Below are positions 32,208 through 36,691 of a stretch of 36,691 bases of DNA, in pieces. Below the pieces are notes generated by a model. That model ran no database searches and was not told where the DNA came from. It worked only from the letters and a program-made list of their open reading frames with translations. A program made the position numbers and the translations under genes. The stretch is from positions 1 through 36,691 of the forward strand of contig NIVC01004731.1 in assembly GCA_002269645.1 (NCBI GenBank). The letters are read 5' to 3'. This DNA is from Macrostomum lignano. Lineage: Eukaryota. Position 1 is the first letter of the stretch. The number at the start of each line of letters is the position of its first letter.

Positions 32208-33257
32208 CTGGCAGTGAGGGGGAGAGGGAGGCAGTGAGGGGGGAGAGGGTGGCAGTGAGGGGTAGGAGGCAGTGAGGGGAGAGGGAGGCAGTGAGGGGGG
32301 AGAGGGAGGCAGTGAGGGGGAGAGGGTGCAGTGAGGGGTAGGAGGCAGTGAGGGGAGAGGGAGGCAGTGAGGGGGAGAGGGAGGCAGTGAGGGGGGAGAG
32401 GGAGGCAGTGAGGGGAGAGGGAGGCAGTGAGGGGGAGAGGGAGGCAGTGAGGGGAGAGGCAGGCAGTGAGGGGGAGAGGGAGGCAGTGAGGGGGAGAGGG
32501 AGGCAGTGAGGGGAGAGGGAGGCAGTGAGGGGGAGAGGGGGCAGTGAGGGGTAGGAGGCAGTGAGGGAGAGGGAGGCAGTGAGGGGGAGAGGGAGGCAGT
32601 GAGGGGAGAGGGAGGCAGTGAGGGGGAGAGGGAGGCAGTGAGGGGGGAGAGGGTGGCAGTGAGGGGGAGAGGGAGGCAGTGAGGGGAGAGGGAGGCAGTG
32701 AGGGGAGAGGGAGGCAGTGAGGGGGGAGAGGGAGGCAGTGAGGGGAGAGGGAGGCAGTGAGGGGAGAGGGAGGCAGTGAGGGGAGAGGGAGGCAGTGAGG
32801 GGAGAGGGAGGCAGTGAGGGGGAGAGGGTGGCAGTGAGGGGTAGGAGGCAGTGAGGGGAGAGGGAGGCAGTGAGGGGGGAGAGGGAGGCAGTGAGGGGGG
32901 AGAGGGTGGCAGTGAGGGGTAGGAGGCAGTGAGGGGAGAGGGAGGCAGTGAGGGGGAGAGGGAGGCAGTGAGGGGGGAGAGGGAGGCAGTGAGGGGAGAG
33001 GGAGGCAGTGAGGGGGAGAGGGAGGCAGTGAGGGGAGAGGCAGGCAGTGAGGGGGAGAGGGAGGCAGTGAGGGGGAGAGGGAGGCAGTGAGGGGGGAGAG
33101 GGTGGCAGTGAGGGGGAGAGGGAGGCAGTGAGGGGTAGGAGGCAGTGAGGGGGGAGAGGGAGGCAGTGAGGGGAGAGGGAGGCAGTGAGGGGAGAGGGAG
33201 GCAGTGAGGGGAGAGGGAGGCAGTGAGGGGAGAGGGGGGCAGTGAGGGGTAGGAGGA
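32208..33257. repeat. 19-22-bp G-rich minisatellite (ggcagtgagGnagaggga), ~50 copies
   Basis: Directly visible. Unit length varies through the G-run. Confidence 0.95.
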
Positions 33258-33277
33258 AGTGCAGCATTTTCGAGTGC

Positions 33278-33709
33278 GACACAGTCAAATGGCAGTCAGA
33301 TGACACAGTCAAATGGCAGTCAGATGACACAGTCAAATGGCAGTCAGATGACACAGTCAAATGGCAGTCAGATGACACAGTCAAATGGCAGTCAGATGAC
33401 ACAGTCAAATGGCAGTCAGATGACACAGTCAAATGGCAGTCAGATGACACAGTCAAATGGCAGTCAGATGACACAGTCAAATGGCAGTCAGATGACACAG
33501 TCAAATGGCAGTCAGATGACACAGTCAAATGGCAGTCAGATGACACAGTCAAATGGCAGTCAGATGACACAGTCAAATGGCAGTCAGATGACACAGTCAA
33601 ATGGCAGTCAGATGACACAGTCAAATGGCAGTCAGATGACACAGTCAAATGGCAGTCAGATGACACAGTCAAATGGCAGTCAGATGACACAGTCAAATGG
33701 CAGTCAGAT
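33278..33709. repeat. Perfect 24-bp tandem repeat (gacacagtcaaatggcagtcagat) x18
   Basis: 18 identical DTVKWQSD units in the 33242 ORF. No spacers between them. Confidence 0.97.
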
Positions 33710-33749
33710 GACAGTCAAAATACACTGTTCTGCGGTCTGCAGTGCGAGT

Positions 33750-34340
33750 TTACATGCAGTTCTGTTCGATTCCGACAGCACCGCTCGAGTTCGCGTCCTC
33801 AGCTTCAGCCGGTCTGCACCCGCACATGGCGGACAGCAGCGACAAGTAGAAGTCGACGCTCTTGACCTCGGTGAGCAGGAACAAGACCCTGTTGTACATG
33901 TCCATGGCATCGGCCGAGTCCCTGCCCAGCACCTTCAGCAGGTCCTGTGTGCAGCGCAGGTACAAATTCTGGTAGCCCGCGCAGCTGGCGCTCGTCCACT
34001 CGCACAGTCTTGTAGTCGGGCAGGAAGAAGTACATGCCCAGCAGCAGCACCACCCCGATGTTCAGCCGGTCCCGGAACAGGCCGTGGCACTGCTCGTACA
34101 GACGAGCGGCCGCCAGGTACACCGTGGCCACCTCGGCGTCGGAAATCAGGGGAATGTCGCCCTTGTGAGGTCAGCGAATAGCCCGTTGACGATGTCCAGC
34201 AGCGGCTGCTGAAGGCTGTCGGCAGTGTCGCGGCAGCTGGCATCGAAGGAGGCGGCCGGGGCGCAGCGGACGGTCATGATGCCGCTGGCTGGGTGGTAGT
34301 GCAGGCCGCGCAGGATGCTGATGAGGCCGCTGATCTTCTC
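33750..34340 (-). CDS. Divergent nuclear hormone receptor, last exon (LBD C-terminal half); apparent -1 (~34164) and +1 (~33977) indels
   Basis: Acceptor gcccgcag| at 34341. Reads EKISGLISILRGLHYHP...LNIGVVLLLGMYFFLPD...LYLRCTQDLLKVLG...MYNRVLFLLTEVKSVDFY. The last segment resembles NR helix 10/11 (F.KLLLRLPALRSI). Stop TAA at 33752-33750. Confidence 0.68.
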
Positions 34341-34384
34341 CTGCGGGCGGCGTTGGAGAGTTCGGCTCTGCAGCGGATCTGATG

Positions 34385-35246
34385 AGAGTCTGCCTTGCCT
34401 GTCTCTGAGAGTGTGCTTAATATGTCTCTGAGATTCTGCCTCGCCTGTCTCTGAGAGTCTACTTCGCCTGTCTCTGAGATTCTGCCTCGCCTGTCTCTGA
34501 GATTCTGCCTCGCCTGTCTCTGAGATTCTGCTTCGCCTGTCTCTGAGATTCTGCCTCGCCTGTCTTTGAGAGTCTGCTTCGCCTGTCTCTGAGATTCTGC
34601 CTCGCCTGTCTCTGAGAGTCTACTTCGCCTGTCTCTGAGATTCTGCCTCGCCTGTCTTTGAGAGTCTGCTTCGCCTGTCTCTGAGATTCTGCCTCGCCTG
34701 TCTCTGAGATTCTGCCTCGCCTGTCTCTGAGATTCTGCCTCGCCTGTCTCTGAGATTCTGCCTCGCCTGTCTTTGAGATTCTGCCTCGCCTGTCTCTGAG
34801 ATTCTGCCTCGCCTGTCTCTGAGGTCTGCTTCGCCTGTCTCTGAGATTCTGCCTCGCCTGTCTTTGAGAGTCTGCTTCGCCTGTCTCTGAGATTCTGCCT
34901 CGCCTGTCTCTGAGATTCTGCCTCGCCTGTCTTTGAGAGTCTGCTTCGCCTGTCTCTGAGATTCTGCCTCGCCTGTCTCTGAGAGTCTGCTTCGCCTGTC
35001 TCTGAGATTCTGCCTCGCCTGTCTCTGAGATTCTGCCTCGTCTGTCTCTGAGAGTCTGCTTCGCCTGTCTGAGATTCTGCCTCACCTGTCTCTGATAGTC
35101 GGCTTTACCTGCCCCTGAGTCTGCTTCACCTGCCCCTGAGAGTCTGCTTCACCTACCCCTGAGAGTCTGCTTCACCTGCCCCTGAGAGTCTGCTTCACCT
35201 GCCCCTGAGAGTCTGCTTCACCTGCCCCTGAGAGTCTGCTTCACCT
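34385..35246. repeat. 23-bp minisatellite (ctgcctcgcctgtctctgagatt, grading to ctgcttcacctgcccctgagagt), ~37 copies, NR intron
   Basis: Directly visible. Confidence 0.95.
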
Positions 35247-35315
35247 GTGCCCAAGAATCTGCCTTGCAACGCTGTCCCACAAAAAGCCAAGGCTTGAATG
35301 CCGAGCAGCTCTCAC

Positions 35316-35726
35316 CGACACCATGGCCGACACGAGACGCCTGTCGAGCTCCTCGAAGAAGGGCAGGAACCGGATGATCGACAGTGTCCTCTTGGTGACG
35401 GCCTCCAGCAGGTTCAGGCCGCTCAGCGTGTCCCGCACGGCCAGGCTCTCCCTGGGGCAGTCGAACGGCATGCAGAACATGTCCGCCAGTTTGTAAAAGT
35501 GCACAAACAGGCTCCTGTCCATCAGCGGCGCGCCCTCCTCATCGCCTCCAGCCAGACTGCGGATCAGCCCGAGTGGCGGCGCGCCGATGGATCCACGGAT
35601 GGGGGCGCCGGCGCAACTGCGTCTGCGGCGGCGAGCGGGAGGCGGCTTCCTCGAATTGGGTCGGTGACGAGGACGCCTTGCTGGACTGGCGCCCGCGCTG
35701 CTGCTGCTTCGAGTTTCCCAGGGCGC
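35316..35726 (-). CDS. Nuclear receptor exon (hinge plus LBD helices 1-4)
   Basis: Acceptor cccgaag| at 35727. LLEAVTKRTLSIIRFLPFFEELDRRLVSAMVS resembles the NR helix 3-4 signature (..AKxLPxFxxLxxxDQxxLL). The preferred donor TCG|GTGAGA at 35315 joins in phase to EKISG. An alternative donor at 35244 would need a frameshift. Confidence 0.68.
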
Positions 35727-35759
35727 CTTCGGGTGAAATTTGCGAGTTGCATATAATCA

Positions 35760-35935
35760 CCGATTGTCAACATGACGCCAAATTAGCACCGATTGTCAAC
35801 ATGGCGCCAAATTAGCGCCGATTGTTAACATGGGCGCCAAATTAGCGCCGATTGACAACATATCGCCAAATTAGCGCCGATTGACAACATGGCGCCAAAT
35901 TAGCGCGATTGTAACATGGCGCTAATTTAGAGCCA
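35760..35935. repeat. 29-bp minisatellite (ccgattgtcaacatggcgccaaattagcg), ~6 copies, NR intron
   Basis: Directly visible. Confidence 0.9.
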
Positions 35936-36012
35936 AAATTGTTGTCACCTTTGTAGAAACGGCGCCAAGCAAGCATGAAAGGCGGCACGAGAAGAAGAGG
36001 CCAACCACTCAC

Positions 36013-36171
36013 CAGCAGCAGTTCCGGTTGAGGTCTTCTTGAACTTGTACTTTCTCTCCGGCTCTTCTGCATGCCGGCCAAGAGGCATTTTTGAAATCGC
36101 AGGCGGCAGCGCCAGGACTTTCTGGACGGGCCGACGATCCGGCAGTTGCCGTTCTGGTAGCAGACCAGTTG
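36013..36171 (-). CDS. Nuclear receptor exon encoding the second C4 zinc finger of the DBD
   Basis: QLVCYQNGNCRIVGPSRKSWRCRLRFQKCLLAGM follows the C-x5-C-x9-C..C-R-x-x-K-C-x3-GM pattern, though imperfectly. Acceptor ccgcccag|, donor |GTGAGT at 36012. Confidence 0.75.
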
Positions 36172-36254
36172 CTGGGCGGGGGTGGCGGGAGGATGTCCGC
36201 TGTCGCGTTCTGGACAAACTTTGGTTACTATAAGAGGGCTGGAAGGGTTGGCAG

Positions 36255-36618
36255 TGGCCCTGAAGTACCAGCGGAAGGAGGGTATCAGCAGCCCCTGAAG
36301 TACCAGCGGAGGGGGTATCAGCAGCCCCTGAAGTACCAGCGGAGGGGTATCAGCAGCCCCTGAAGTACCAGCGAGGGGGTATCAGCAGCCCCTGAAGTAC
36401 CAGCGGAGGGGGTATCAGCAGCCCCTGAAGTACCAGCGAGGGGGTATCAGCAGCCCCTGAAGTACCAGCGGAGGGGGTATCAGCAGCCCTGAAGTACCAG
36501 CGGAGGGGGTATCAGCAGCCCTGAAGTACCAGCGGAGGGGGTATCAGCAGCCCCTGAAGTACCAGCGGAGGGGGTATCAGCAGCCCCTGAAGTACCAGCG
36601 GAGGGTATCAGCAGCCCT
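36255..36618. repeat. 31-33-bp minisatellite (gaagtaccagcggagggg(g)tatcagcagcccct), ~11 copies, NR intron
   Basis: Directly visible. Confidence 0.95.
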
Positions 36619-36670
36619 CACCCGGACGGGAGAAGCAAGCAAGCGCATGTCACAGTGACACAGGCCTCAC

Positions 36671-36691
36671 CTTTCGGTGTTTCTGCTGTAG
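36671..36691 (-). CDS. 3' end of an upstream nuclear receptor exon (truncated by the window)
   Basis: Reads LQQKHRK, then donor AAG|GTGAGG at 36670. It joins in phase 0 to QLVCYQNGNC, fitting the FFRRS-xQQ....C linker between NR zinc fingers. Only 21 nt are visible. Confidence 0.5.

Noticed and set aside
33278-33709. Possible CRISPR array (also considered for the 56-bp, 29-bp and 32-bp arrays)
   Set aside because: The repeats are head-to-tail with no unique spacers, there are no cas genes, and the context is eukaryotic and spliced.
35241-35315. Extension of the NR exon to the CAG|GTGAAG at 35244
   Set aside because: It gives the wrong phase for the next exon without a frameshift, and that GT belongs to the repeat unit. 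The GTGAGA donor at 35315 joins in frame and fits the LBD alignment.

Overview
Eukaryotic (metazoan) genomic DNA. GC-rich exons, (GTCT)n tracts and very dense minisatellites are reminiscent of the flatworm Macrostomum; this taxon assignment is inference only. I reconstructed five spliced genes by hand from GT/AG junctions and recognised protein motifs. Four lie on + (MRPL30, 2 exons; ATP6AP1/Ac45, 3 exons; RTF1, 5 exons; TRIP11/GMAP-210, 2 exons). One divergent nuclear hormone receptor lies on -, converges on TRIP11 and is truncated by the window end. Several exons carry 1-nt frameshifts, most simply explained as long-read errors. All 11 introns and every intergenic gap contain tandem repeats, and each intron has its own unrelated minisatellite or a short microsatellite (about 14 kb of arrays in total). 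These arrays generate nearly all the long ORFs in the supplied track, which I reject as genes. Mobile DNA comprises a ~290-bp MITE, a tRNA-derived SINE and a ~720-bp foldback element. The first ~5 kb is AT-rich and almost free of CpG, with a sharp edge at the MRPL30 start and a CpG-intact MITE inside it. I found no new enzymatic or defence system. The best leads are (i) intron-filling minisatellites that carry splice-signal motifs, especially a chain of about 30 CAG|GTGAAT sites in RTF1 intron 4, (ii) the CpG-erased domain, and (iii) a possible SL-trans-spliced operon.
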